Origin: Longivirga aurantiaca
GTDB lineage: Bacteria > Actinomycetota > Actinomycetes > S36-B12 > CAIYMF01
Direction of reading: 5' to 3'
Assembly (NCBI RefSeq): GCF_042660085.1
Contig: NZ_JBHSTI010000002.1
Span: 540,001 to 572,000 of the forward strand
DNA length: 32,000 nt
Shown here: positions 1 to 9,355 of the stretch, piece by piece
How positions within the stretch are numbered: the stretch's first letter is position 1
Layout of the letters: every line of letters starts with the position of its first letter
The notes under the pieces: model-generated
The model's database searches: none
What the model was told of the DNA's origin: nothing
The model's input: only the letters and a program-made list of their open reading frames with translations
Position numbers and translations under genes: made by a program

Positions 1-2
1 GG

Positions 3-500
3 TCGAGCCTGTCCGACACCCCGGTCGCCATCGCAGTCACCGCCGTCGCCTTCGTGGTGCTGCGGCTCCTCACCGGGAGGTGGACCGCGTCCTGGATCGT
101 GCTGGCCGCGATCTTCGGCGAGCTGCTCTACTTCCTGGCCCTCACCTCGGGCGTGGGGCGTGAGCGGCCGGACGTGCTGCAGCTCGACGCCGCGCCCCCG
201 ACGTCGAGCTATCCGTCCGGTCACACCGGTGCCGCCGTCGCGCTCTACGTGTGCCTCGCGGTGATCGTGTGGCGGCACCTGTCGAACCGGATCGCAGCCG
301 TCCCGCTCGCGCTCCTGCTCTGCCTCGTCCCCGTGGCCGTGGGGCTGTCGCGCATGTACCGAGGCATGCACTTCGCGACCGACGTGCTGTTCGGCGCGCT
401 CGGCGGCCTGCTCTGGCTGCTCGTCGTGCTGGCCGTGCTGTGGCCGGGCCGCCGACCCTTGACCGACCGGGCCCCCGCCCAGGAAGAAGCCGCTCCGTGA
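3..500 (+). CDS. PAP2-family (phosphatidic acid phosphatase type 2 superfamily) membrane phosphatase, 5'-truncated by the window edge
   Basis: The frame is open from the first bases of the window (no stop before the listed start at 54). It carries the C-terminal PAP2 motifs PSGH (SYPSGHTGAA) and SRxxxxxHxxxD (SRMYRGMHFATDV) plus hydrophobic TM segments. Stop TGA at 498-500. Confidence 0.85.
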   Translation, partial: SSLSDTPVAIAVTAVAFVVLRLLTGRWTASWIVLAAIFGELLYFLALTSGVGRERPDVLQLDAAPPTSSYPSGHTGAAVALYVCLAVIVWRHLSNRIAAVPLALLLCLVPVAVGLSRMYRGMHFATDVLFGALGGLLWLLVVLAVLWPGRRPLTDRAPAQEEAAP

Positions 501-1390
501 GCACCGTGCCGCAGCGTCCCGCGATCGTGGTGAACCCCACCAAGGTCGACGACGGCAACGTCGAGGCCGTCGAGAAGGCCTTCGCCGACAACGGGCTCCC
601 CATGCCTCGCTGGTACGGGACCACCGAGGACGACCCGGGCGAGGGCCAGGCCCGCCAGGCCCTCGCCGACGGCGCCGACCTCGTGCTGGCGCAGGGCGGC
701 GACGGCACGGTGCGCGCGGTTGCCGCGGTACTGGCGGGTGGGGACGTCCCGCTGGGGCTGCTCCCGGCCGGCACCGGCAACCTGCTGGCGCGCAACCTGG
801 ACGTTCCGCGGTCGCTCGACGACGCCGTCGCGGTGGTGGCCGGAGCCGGTCGGCGCGCCGTGGACGTGCTCGAGCTCGACGGCGAGCCGTACGTCGTGAT
901 GGGCGGCAGCGGCTTCGACGCGCTGCTGTTCGAGCTCACCTCCGAGGACCTCAAGGCGCGGCTCGGGTGGGCGGCCTACCTGAGCGCGGGCATCCGTGCG
1001 GTGCGCGCCGCGAAGGCGTACGACGTCGAGATCGTGACCGACCGCGCCGCGATGACCGTGCCGGCCGTAGGCGTGGTGGTCGGCAACGTCGGCACGCTGA
1101 CCGCCGGGGTGCAGCTGCTGCCGGACGCCGAGGCCGATGACGCCCGCCTGCACATCGCCGTCCTCACGCCGCTCCGGCTCCGCAACTGGGCCGGGCTCGC
1201 CTGGAACCTCGTGCTGCGACGGACCCCCCGGCGCTTCCAGATGCGCACGCTGCGCGCGCGCGACGTGCGGATCCGCTGGCCCGAGGCCCTGCCGGCCGAG
1301 CTCGACGGCGACCTCGTGGACGGCCGGGCCGAGCTCCACGTCACCATCCGCCCCGGCGCTCTCACGGTCTGCGTGCCCGAACCCGGATGA
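497..1390 (+). CDS. diacylglycerol-kinase-like lipid kinase (DAGK catalytic domain, YegS/LCB5-like)
   Basis: GTG 497 overlaps the upstream stop (GTGA). Motifs AIVVNPTK, GGDGTV and LPAGTGNLLARNL are typical of the DAGK_cat family. The part of the listed ORF upstream of 497 is Arg/Pro-rich junk that overlaps the PAP2 gene. Confidence 0.85.
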   Translation: MSTVPQRPAIVVNPTKVDDGNVEAVEKAFADNGLPMPRWYGTTEDDPGEGQARQALADGADLVLAQGGDGTVRAVAAVLAGGDVPLGLLPAGTGNLLARNLDVPRSLDDAVAVVAGAGRRAVDVLELDGEPYVVMGGSGFDALLFELTSEDLKARLGWAAYLSAGIRAVRAAKAYDVEIVTDRAAMTVPAVGVVVGNVGTLTAGVQLLPDAEADDARLHIAVLTPLRLRNWAGLAWNLVLRRTPRRFQMRTLRARDVRIRWPEALPAELDGDLVDGRAELHVTIRPGALTVCVPEPG

Positions 1391-1421
1391 GCGTGGCGAG
1401 GGCCTGTGCCAGGGTGACGCC

Positions 1422-1883
1422 ATGGCCGACTGGCACCTCGCGCAGCTCAACGTCGCACGGCTCCGCGTCCCCCTCGACCACCCCGCGATGATCCCGTTCG
1501 TCACCAACCTGCTCGCGGTCAACGCCGAGGCCGATGCCGCACCCGGGTTCGTCTGGCGGCTCCAGGAGTCGGCGTCCGGCAACGCGACCGACCTGCGCCC
1601 CTGGGGCGACGACATGATCGTCAACATGAGCGTCTGGACCGATGTCGAGTCGCTGCGCCAGTACGTCTTCACGCCCGGGCACATCGAGATCATGCGGCAG
1701 CGCCGCGCCTTCTTCACCCCGATGGAGACGCCGTACTCCGTCCTCTGGTGGGTGCCGGCCGGGCACATCCCGACGCTCGACGAGGCCAGGGAGCGGCTCG
1801 ACCTGCTCACGGCCGAGGGCCCGTCGCCCCGAGCGTTCACCTTCACGTCCGAGCACCCGGCAGAGGCCGCCACCGACGCATGA
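1422..1883 (+). CDS. DUF3291-like small cytoplasmic protein
   Basis: ATG 1422. The N-terminus MADWHLAQLNVARLRVPLDHPAMIPFV...NAEADAAPGFVWRLQ matches my recollection of the DUF3291 family. High GC3. The upstream part of the listed ORF overlaps the kinase gene. Confidence 0.7.
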   Translation: MADWHLAQLNVARLRVPLDHPAMIPFVTNLLAVNAEADAAPGFVWRLQESASGNATDLRPWGDDMIVNMSVWTDVESLRQYVFTPGHIEIMRQRRAFFTPMETPYSVLWWVPAGHIPTLDEARERLDLLTAEGPSPRAFTFTSEHPAEAATDA

Positions 1884-1895
1884 CAGGATGCCGAC

Positions 1896-2753
1896 GTGAC
1901 GGCGACGATCCTCGACGGCAAGGCCACTGCGGCAGCGATCAAGTCCGAGCTGGCGGCCCGCGTGGCCCGGCTCGCGGAGGCGGGCGTCGTGCCGGGGCTC
2001 GGGACCGTGCTCGTGGGCGACGACCCGGGCAGCCACTCGTACGTCGCCGGCAAGCACCGCGACTGCGCCGAGGTGGGCATCACCTCGCACCGCGTCGATC
2101 TCCCGGCCGACGCCTCGCAGCAGCAGGTCGACGAGGCGATCCTCAGCCTCAACGAGGACCCGACGTGCACCGGCTACATCGTGCAGCTGCCGCTCCCGAA
2201 GGGTCTCGACGAGGCGCGTGCCCTCGAGCTGATCGACCCCGGCAAGGACGCCGACGGCCTGCACCCGACCAACCTCGGTCGGCTCGTGCTCAACATCCCG
2301 GCGCCGCTGCCGTGCACCCCGCGCGGGATCGTCGAGCTCCTGCGCCGGTACGACGTGCCGATCAACGGCGCCGAGGTCGCGGTCGTCGGCCGTGGCGTCA
2401 CCGTCGGGCGCCCGCTCGGCCTGCTGCTCACGCGCAAGAGCGAGAACGCCACCGTGACCCTGTGCCACACCGGCACCCGTGATATCGCGGCGCACACCCG
2501 AGGCGCCGACATCGTCGTGGCCGCTGCCGGCGTCGCCCACCTCATCACCGCCGAGATGGTGAAGCCGGGGGCCGCCGTCCTCGACGTTGGCATCACGCGG
2601 ACCGACTCCGGCCTCGTCGGCGACGTCCACCCCGACGTCCGCGAGGTCGCCGGCTTCGTGGCCCCGATGCCCGGCGGCGTCGGGCCGATGACCCGGGCGA
2701 TGCTCATCCTCAACGTCGTCGAGGCCGCCGAGCGCCAGGCCGGGCTCGCCTGA
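1896..2753 (+). CDS. folD: bifunctional methylenetetrahydrofolate dehydrogenase (NADP+) / methenyl-THF cyclohydrolase
   Basis: Full-length FolD-like sequence with [21 protein letters not shown], the [11 protein letters not shown] Rossmann loop and [11 protein letters not shown] start at 1896. Confidence 0.95.
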   Translation: MTATILDGKATAAAIKSELAARVARLAEAGVVPGLGTVLVGDDPGSHSYVAGKHRDCAEVGITSHRVDLPADASQQQVDEAILSLNEDPTCTGYIVQLPLPKGLDEARALELIDPGKDADGLHPTNLGRLVLNIPAPLPCTPRGIVELLRRYDVPINGAEVAVVGRGVTVGRPLGLLLTRKSENATVTLCHTGTRDIAAHTRGADIVVAAAGVAHLITAEMVKPGAAVLDVGITRTDSGLVGDVHPDVREVAGFVAPMPGGVGPMTRAMLILNVVEAAERQAGLA

Positions 2754-2754
2754 C

Positions 2755-4180
<1,426 letters not shown>

Positions 4181-4215
4181 CCCGCTCGACAGACATCCAG
4201 AAGCAGGAGAACCCC

Positions 4216-5430
4216 GTGGCGAAGATCAAGGTCGTCAACCCGGTCGTCGAGCTCGACGGCGACGAGATGACGCGGATCATCTGGCAGTTCATCAAGGACA
4301 AGCTGATCCTCCCGTACCTCGACGTCGACCTGAAGTACTACGACCTGTCGATCGAGAACCGGGACGCGACCGACGACCAGGTCACGATCGACTCGGCCAA
4401 CGCCATCAAGCAGTACGGCGTCGGCGTGAAGTGCGCCACGATCACGCCCGACGAGGCGCGCGTCGAGGAGTTCGGCCTCAAGAAGATGTGGAAGTCGCCC
4501 AACGGCACGATCCGCAACATCCTCGGCGGCGTCATCTTCCGCGAGCCGATCGTCATCTCGAACATCCCGCGCCTCGTGCCCGGCTGGACCAAGCCGATCA
4601 TCATCGGCCGCCACGCCTACGGCGACCAGTACCGAGCCACCGACTTCGTCGTGCCCGGCAAGGGCAAGCTCTCGGTGAAGTTCGTGCCGGAGGACGGCAG
4701 CGAGCCGATCGAGATCGACGTCTTCGACTACCCGGGCGGCGGCGTGTCGATGACGATGTACAACCTCGACGACTCGATCCGCGACTTCGCCCGCGCCTCG
4801 ATGCGCTACGGCCTCGATCGCGGCCTGCCGGTCTACCTCTCGACCAAGAACACGATCCTCAAGGCGTACGACGGCCGGTTCAAGGACCTGTTCGCCGAGG
4901 TCTTCGAGACCGAGTTCAAGGACGAGTTCGCCGCCGCCGGCATCACCTACGAGCACCGCCTGATCGACGACATGGTCGCAGCGGCGATGAAGTGGGAGGG
5001 CGGCTACGTCTGGGCGTGCAAGAACTACGACGGCGACGTCCAGAGCGACACCGTCGCGCAGGGCTTCGGCTCCCTCGGCCTCATGACCTCGGTGCTCATG
5101 ACGCCGGACGGCAAGACGGTCGAGGCCGAGGCGGCGCACGGCACGGTGACCCGTCACTACCGCCAGCACCAGCAGGGCAAGCCCACCTCGACGAACCCGA
5201 TCGCCTCGATCTTCGCCTGGACCCAGGGCCTCGCCTACCGCGGCAAGATGGACGGCACGCCCGAGGTCACGGCCTTCGCCGAGACCCTCGAGCGCGTCTG
5301 CATCGAGACGGTCGAGGAGGGCAAGATGACCAAGGACCTCGCCCTGCTCATCGCCTCCGACGCGCCGTACCTCACCACCGAGGAGTTCCTCGACGCGATC
5401 GACGCCAACCTCCAGAAGGCCATGGCCTGA
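4216..5430 (+). CDS. icd: NADP-dependent isocitrate dehydrogenase (about 404 aa, eukaryote-like subfamily)
   Basis: GTG 4216 follows an AGGAGA SD. Motifs seen are [37 protein letters not shown] and HGTVTRHYR. The listed ORF start at 3949 overlaps mdh and is not homologous. Confidence 0.95.
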   Translation: MAKIKVVNPVVELDGDEMTRIIWQFIKDKLILPYLDVDLKYYDLSIENRDATDDQVTIDSANAIKQYGVGVKCATITPDEARVEEFGLKKMWKSPNGTIRNILGGVIFREPIVISNIPRLVPGWTKPIIIGRHAYGDQYRATDFVVPGKGKLSVKFVPEDGSEPIEIDVFDYPGGGVSMTMYNLDDSIRDFARASMRYGLDRGLPVYLSTKNTILKAYDGRFKDLFAEVFETEFKDEFAAAGITYEHRLIDDMVAAAMKWEGGYVWACKNYDGDVQSDTVAQGFGSLGLMTSVLMTPDGKTVEAEAAHGTVTRHYRQHQQGKPTSTNPIASIFAWTQGLAYRGKMDGTPEVTAFAETLERVCIETVEEGKMTKDLALLIASDAPYLTTEEFLDAIDANLQKAMA

Positions 5431-5448
5431 CGCACCCCGCACCACCGA

Positions 5449-5484
5449 CCAAGGCCCCCTTCATCGCGATGAAGGGGGCCTTGG
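5449..5484 (+). terminator. intrinsic-terminator-like perfect hairpin downstream of icd
   Basis: CCAAGGCCCCCTTCAT-CGCG-ATGAAGGGGGCCTTGG forms a 16-bp perfect stem with a 4-nt loop. It starts 19 nt after the icd stop and is followed by TTGCTG, so there is only a short T run, as is common in high-GC actinobacteria. Confidence 0.75.
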
Positions 5485-5577
5485 TTGCTGCGAGCGCGAC
5501 AATCCCGGCCTTCACGGGCACCGCAGCACCGCCCTGTCGTCCGGCATCGTGACCGGGCTCGGTGCGAGGATCGGGGC

Positions 5578-6066
5578 GTGAGCACGCACCTCGAGCGGCT
5601 GCACGTGCAGGTGGCGCGGCGGATGGACGCGCCCGCCCTGGCGGCGCTCAACCAGGCCGTGCAGCAGATGCACCACGACTGGTCGGCGTCCGAGTACCTC
5701 GTGCCCGATCCGCGCGCGGCCGAGGAGTTCTTCCTGCACAAGGTCGGCGACCCGTCGGCGCTCGTGCTGGTCGCCGAGCGAGGCGGCCATCCGGTCGGCT
5801 TCCTCTACGCGCAGGAGATGCATCGCCCGGCCAACCCGTTCACCGCCGAGATGACCGTGCTGTACGTCGAGCAGGTGGCCGTCCTGCCCGAACGCCGGCG
5901 CAGCGGCGTCGGCCGAGCCCTGTTCCACGCGGCGGAGGCCGCAGCGGCCAAGCGGGGGCTCGACGGCGTACGGCTCGAGACGTCGGCGCAGAACTCCGCG
6001 GCGCAGAAGTTCTTCGAGCGGCTCGGGTACGACGCCTACTCGGTACGGATGAAGAAGGACCTGTAG
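5578..6066 (+). CDS. GNAT-family N-acetyltransferase
   Basis: GTG 5578 follows a GAGGA SD. The acetyl-CoA motif A is QVAVLPERRRSGVGRAL and the C-terminus reads FFERLGY. The substrate cannot be inferred. Confidence 0.85.
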   Translation: MSTHLERLHVQVARRMDAPALAALNQAVQQMHHDWSASEYLVPDPRAAEEFFLHKVGDPSALVLVAERGGHPVGFLYAQEMHRPANPFTAEMTVLYVEQVAVLPERRRSGVGRALFHAAEAAAAKRGLDGVRLETSAQNSAAQKFFERLGYDAYSVRMKKDL

Positions 6067-6077
6067 AGGAGCGCGTG

Positions 6078-7442
6078 ATGCGCGTCTTCCCGCCGCTGCC
6101 ACCCGTGCCGCCGGCCCCCGACCCCGGCACGCGCGACCTCGCGCTGGACGTCGTGCGCGCGTGGTCGCTGCTCGTCGTCGTCCTCGGCCACTTCCTCATG
6201 CTCATCCTGCTCTGGGACGACGACGGCGTGCCGGCCTCGGCGAACACGCTCACCTCGGGGGCGCCCTGGCCGTACGTGACCTGGCTGCTGCAGGTCATGC
6301 CGCTGTTCTTCATCGCCGGTGGCGCGGTGAACCAGCGGAGCTTCGAACGGTTCGCCGGCAGCTACAACCAGTGGCTGTGGAACCGCACACGACGGCTGAT
6401 GCGCCCGACCGTGGTCTTCCTGCTCGCGCTCGCGGTGATCTTCACCGTCGTCACGCTGCTCGTCCGCCGCGAGGTGACCGACCCGCTCCTGCAGGGCGTC
6501 ACCGGTCCGCTGTGGTTCCTCGCGCTCTACATCCCCGTCACAGCGCTCACGCCGGTCACCAGCCGATGGTGGGCACGGTCCGGGCCGTGGTCGGTCGGGG
6601 TGCTGCTCGTCGGCGTCGCCGCCGTCGACTACGTGCGGCTGTCGCACGTGGAGACCTGGGGGGCGCTCAACATGCTGCTCGCCTGGGTGCTCGTGCACCA
6701 GCTCGGCTACTGGTACCGCGCGGGCGTCTCGCGGCGGATGGCGACGGCCCTGCTGCTCGGGGGGCTCGCGGTCAACGTGTGGCTGTCGCAGGTGCTCGGC
6801 TGGTACCCGACGTCGCTCGTCGGCATCCCCACGGAGAAGTTCTCCAACATGGCGCCGCCCACGATCGTGCTCGTCATGCACTCGTTCGTGCTCTTCGGCG
6901 GCTTCGTGCTGCTCGCTCCCTGGCTGCGCGTGCGGTTCGCCACGCCGCGCGCCTTCGCCGCCACCACCCGCGCCGCACTGTTCGCGATGACGATCTACCT
7001 GTGGCACATGCTCGTCCTCGTCGGATGGCTCTCGCTGCTGCACGCGCTCGACCTCGACCTCCCCGTGCGCGTGGAGGGCGGCAACATCGTGCCGGAGGGC
7101 CTCAACTACTGGGGCTGGCTCGTCCCCTCGACGATCGGCTTCGCGCTCGTGCTGTACGCCGTGGTGCGCTGGCTGTGGCCGGTCGAGTTCCTGCGGCTGC
7201 CGTGGTTCGACGGTGCCACCGGCCGCCCGAGCGACTCCGCGTGGCGGGCCGGGATCGGAGCGACGCTCGTCGGCGCCGGCCTGCTCGCCGTGGCAGGCGC
7301 AGGGTTCTCGGGCTTCCCGGTGGCGGTGCACACGGCGTACGGGATCCCGGTCTCGTCGGCGGGTGCGATGGTCGCCATCGGCGTCGGCCTCGCACTGCTG
7401 CGTCAGCCCGCGCCCGCCCGTGCCGAGGTCGGTGCCGGCTGA
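6078..7442 (+). CDS. acyltransferase-3 family (OafA/YrhL-like) integral membrane acyltransferase
   Basis: ATG 6078 follows an AGAGGAG SD. The N-terminus LDVVRAWSLLVVVLGHF is followed by about 10 hydrophobic helices. The listed ORF start at 5562 overlaps the GNAT gene. Confidence 0.8.
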   Translation: MRVFPPLPPVPPAPDPGTRDLALDVVRAWSLLVVVLGHFLMLILLWDDDGVPASANTLTSGAPWPYVTWLLQVMPLFFIAGGAVNQRSFERFAGSYNQWLWNRTRRLMRPTVVFLLALAVIFTVVTLLVRREVTDPLLQGVTGPLWFLALYIPVTALTPVTSRWWARSGPWSVGVLLVGVAAVDYVRLSHVETWGALNMLLAWVLVHQLGYWYRAGVSRRMATALLLGGLAVNVWLSQVLGWYPTSLVGIPTEKFSNMAPPTIVLVMHSFVLFGGFVLLAPWLRVRFATPRAFAATTRAALFAMTIYLWHMLVLVGWLSLLHALDLDLPVRVEGGNIVPEGLNYWGWLVPSTIGFALVLYAVVRWLWPVEFLRLPWFDGATGRPSDSAWRAGIGATLVGAGLLAVAGAGFSGFPVAVHTAYGIPVSSAGAMVAIGVGLALLRQPAPARAEVGAG

Positions 7443-8273
7443 TTGGATGACGACGTGCTCACCGTCGTCACCGCCAACGTCAACGGCGTCCGCGCCGCCG
7501 CCCGTCGCGGTGGGCTCGAGTGGCTCGCGGCGGCCAACGCCGACGTGCTCTGCCTGCAGGAGGTGCGGGCCTCGGACGACCAGCTCGCCGAGGTGCTCGC
7601 CGAGGCCGGGCTCGGCCACCTGCACGTGGCGCACACCGAGGCCGAGGCCAAGGGCCGTGCTGGGGTCGCCGTGCTGACCACCGCCCCGCAGCGGAAGGTG
7701 CGCGTCGGCGTCGGGCCCGACGAGTTCGCCGGCTCGGGCCGGTACGTCGAGGTCGAGATCGACACCGCCGTCGGCAGGGTCGTGGTCGCGAGCGTCTACG
7801 TCCACACCGGCGAGGCCACCGACGAGGCCCGGCAGTCGGAGAAGTACCGCTTCCTCGACGCCGTCGAGACCCGCATGCTCGAGCTCGGCAAGGCTGCGGC
7901 GCGCAAGACCGGCGCCCAGGCGATCCTCTGCGGCGACCTCAACGTCGCCCACTCCGAGATGGACATCAAGAACTGGAAGGGCAACCGCGGCAAGGCCGGC
8001 TTCCTCGAGGACGAGCGCGCCTACCTCACCCGCTGGTTCGCCGAGCACGGCTGGACCGACCTCGGCCGCACCCTCGGCGGCGACGGCCCCGGCCCGTACA
8101 CCTGGTGGTCGTGGCGCGGCCGTGGGTTCGACACCGACGGCGGCTGGCGGATCGACTACGCGCTCGCCACACCGGGCCTCGCAGCGCGGGCCGTGAAGGC
8201 CGAGGTCGGCAAGGCCCCGTCGTACGCCGAGCGCTGGAGCGACCACGCGCCGCTGACGGTCACCTTCGCCTGA
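7443..8273 (+). CDS. xthA: exodeoxyribonuclease III (AP endonuclease, EEP fold)
   Basis: Motifs seen are TANVNGVRAA, DVLCLQEVR, CGDLNVAH, YTWWSWR and SDHAPLTVTF. The start is ambiguous: TTG 7443 directly follows the upstream stop, and GTG 7455 is the alternative. Confidence 0.9.
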   Translation: MDDDVLTVVTANVNGVRAAARRGGLEWLAAANADVLCLQEVRASDDQLAEVLAEAGLGHLHVAHTEAEAKGRAGVAVLTTAPQRKVRVGVGPDEFAGSGRYVEVEIDTAVGRVVVASVYVHTGEATDEARQSEKYRFLDAVETRMLELGKAAARKTGAQAILCGDLNVAHSEMDIKNWKGNRGKAGFLEDERAYLTRWFAEHGWTDLGRTLGGDGPGPYTWWSWRGRGFDTDGGWRIDYALATPGLAARAVKAEVGKAPSYAERWSDHAPLTVTFA

Positions 8274-8378
8274 TCCGTGCAGGATCGCTCGGCACGCTGG
8301 GTGACGGCGTCCACCGGTCGGAGCACTGGTAAGGCCCGCCTGTGTCGCTCTCCGGCACCCTCATGGCACGCTGACCTC

Positions 8379-9251
8379 GTGACCAGTACGAAGTCCTGGG
8401 TCGGGGGGTTCCGAGCCAACCTCGAGCGCGACGCCGCCGACGAGGGCGTGCCCGCGCGGGCCGCCTGGTGGGGTTTCTGGGCGCCGTTCGTCGGCCTCGT
8501 CGTGTTCGCGATCCTCTACGTCGTCGTCCGCGACGCCTACTACTGGCTGCTGCGCGAGGACCGCGCCATCGAGTGGTTGCAGTTCTTCCTGCTCGTCTTC
8601 ACCGCGGTCGTGTCGATCCTCGGTTCGGTCGCGGCGTTCCGGCGCGGGCACCGGCTCGCCGGCTCCTTCCTCCTCGTGGTGGCCCTCGGCACGCTGTTCC
8701 TCGCCGCCGAGGAGATCTCGTGGGGCCAGCGCGTCCTCGGCTTCGCCGGCGGGGCCGCGGGCAACCGCCAGGGCGAGATCAACATCCACAACCTCGACGA
8801 CGTCGACGGCATCCCCGTCGAGCGGTTGTTCCGCATCGCGCAGGCGGCGATCGGCTTCATCGGCCTGGTGCTGCCCTTCCTCGTGCGCTGGAACCCTGCG
8901 CGGCTGCGGGCAGCCGGCTGGCGCGTCGTCACCCCGCCGATCTTCCTGGCCACGAGCTTCCTCGTGATCCTCGGCTTCCGCACCCAGCGTCTGCTGTTCA
9001 CGGCCGACATCTCCGCCTTCATCGTGATCCAGGAGTGGGCCGAGGTGTGCCTCTACGGCGCGCTCGCCACGTGGGTCACGCTGACCTGGCTGGAGGAGAG
9101 CGGCGGACGCCAGCGGACGGCCGACGGGTTCACGTCGCTGCGCGGCGGCGCCGGACGCACGGCCGTCGTGGTCGCCGCCGCCGTCGCGGTCCTCACAGCG
9201 GTGTGCATCGTCCTGACCATGGCGTCGGGCATCGACCCCGGCAACGTCTGA
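8379..9251 (+). CDS. hypothetical polytopic membrane protein (no family recognised)
   Basis: High GC3 from GTG 8379 onward, whereas the upstream 34 codons of the listed ORF have poorer GC3 and are Arg-rich. About 7 hydrophobic segments. A distinctive motif AAEEISWGQR sits between helices. The start is uncertain. Confidence 0.6.
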   Translation: MTSTKSWVGGFRANLERDAADEGVPARAAWWGFWAPFVGLVVFAILYVVVRDAYYWLLREDRAIEWLQFFLLVFTAVVSILGSVAAFRRGHRLAGSFLLVVALGTLFLAAEEISWGQRVLGFAGGAAGNRQGEINIHNLDDVDGIPVERLFRIAQAAIGFIGLVLPFLVRWNPARLRAAGWRVVTPPIFLATSFLVILGFRTQRLLFTADISAFIVIQEWAEVCLYGALATWVTLTWLEESGGRQRTADGFTSLRGGAGRTAVVVAAAVAVLTAVCIVLTMASGIDPGNV

Positions 9252-9275
9252 CCCTGGTCCGGCTCGACCGGTTTC

Positions 9276-9312
9276 GGAGGCCGGGCTCCCTAGGAGGCCG
9301 AGGCTCCCTAGG
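9276..9312. repeat. tandem direct repeat GGAGGCCG(A)GGCTCCCTAGG x2 in the sulfatase upstream region
   Basis: Unit 1 is 9276-9294 (GGAGGCCGGGCTCCCTAGG) and unit 2 is 9293-9312 (GGAGGCCGAGGCTCCCTAGG). The period is about 18 nt. Each unit ends in the palindrome CCTAGG. Confidence 0.7.
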
Positions 9313-9355
9313 CTGCCCCTGCGCGCGTGGGCGCGCCCGACCGGAGGTTCGAGTC

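Noticed and set aside
245-2170. Very long ORFs antisense to, or out of frame with, recognised genes. Examples: 245-2170(-), 1362-3083(-), 2174-3940(-), 3943-5445(-), 6036-8246(-), 9308-10708(-), 11989-13770(+), 14804-16675(+), 16632-18632(+), 18710-19960(-), 25988-27199(-), 27664-29016(-), 28944-30704(-).
   Set aside because: All are Arg/Pro/Gly/Ala/Asp-rich low-complexity translations with no motif I recognise. Each mirrors a gene on the other strand or frame that has clear family signatures. Stop-poor shadow frames are expected at this GC content.
5469-5552. Small ORF (MKGALVAASATIPAFTGTAAPPCRPAS) in the icd-GNAT intergenic region.
   Set aside because: Its ATG lies inside the right arm of the icd terminator hairpin, there is no SD, and it is simply the tail of a shadow frame.
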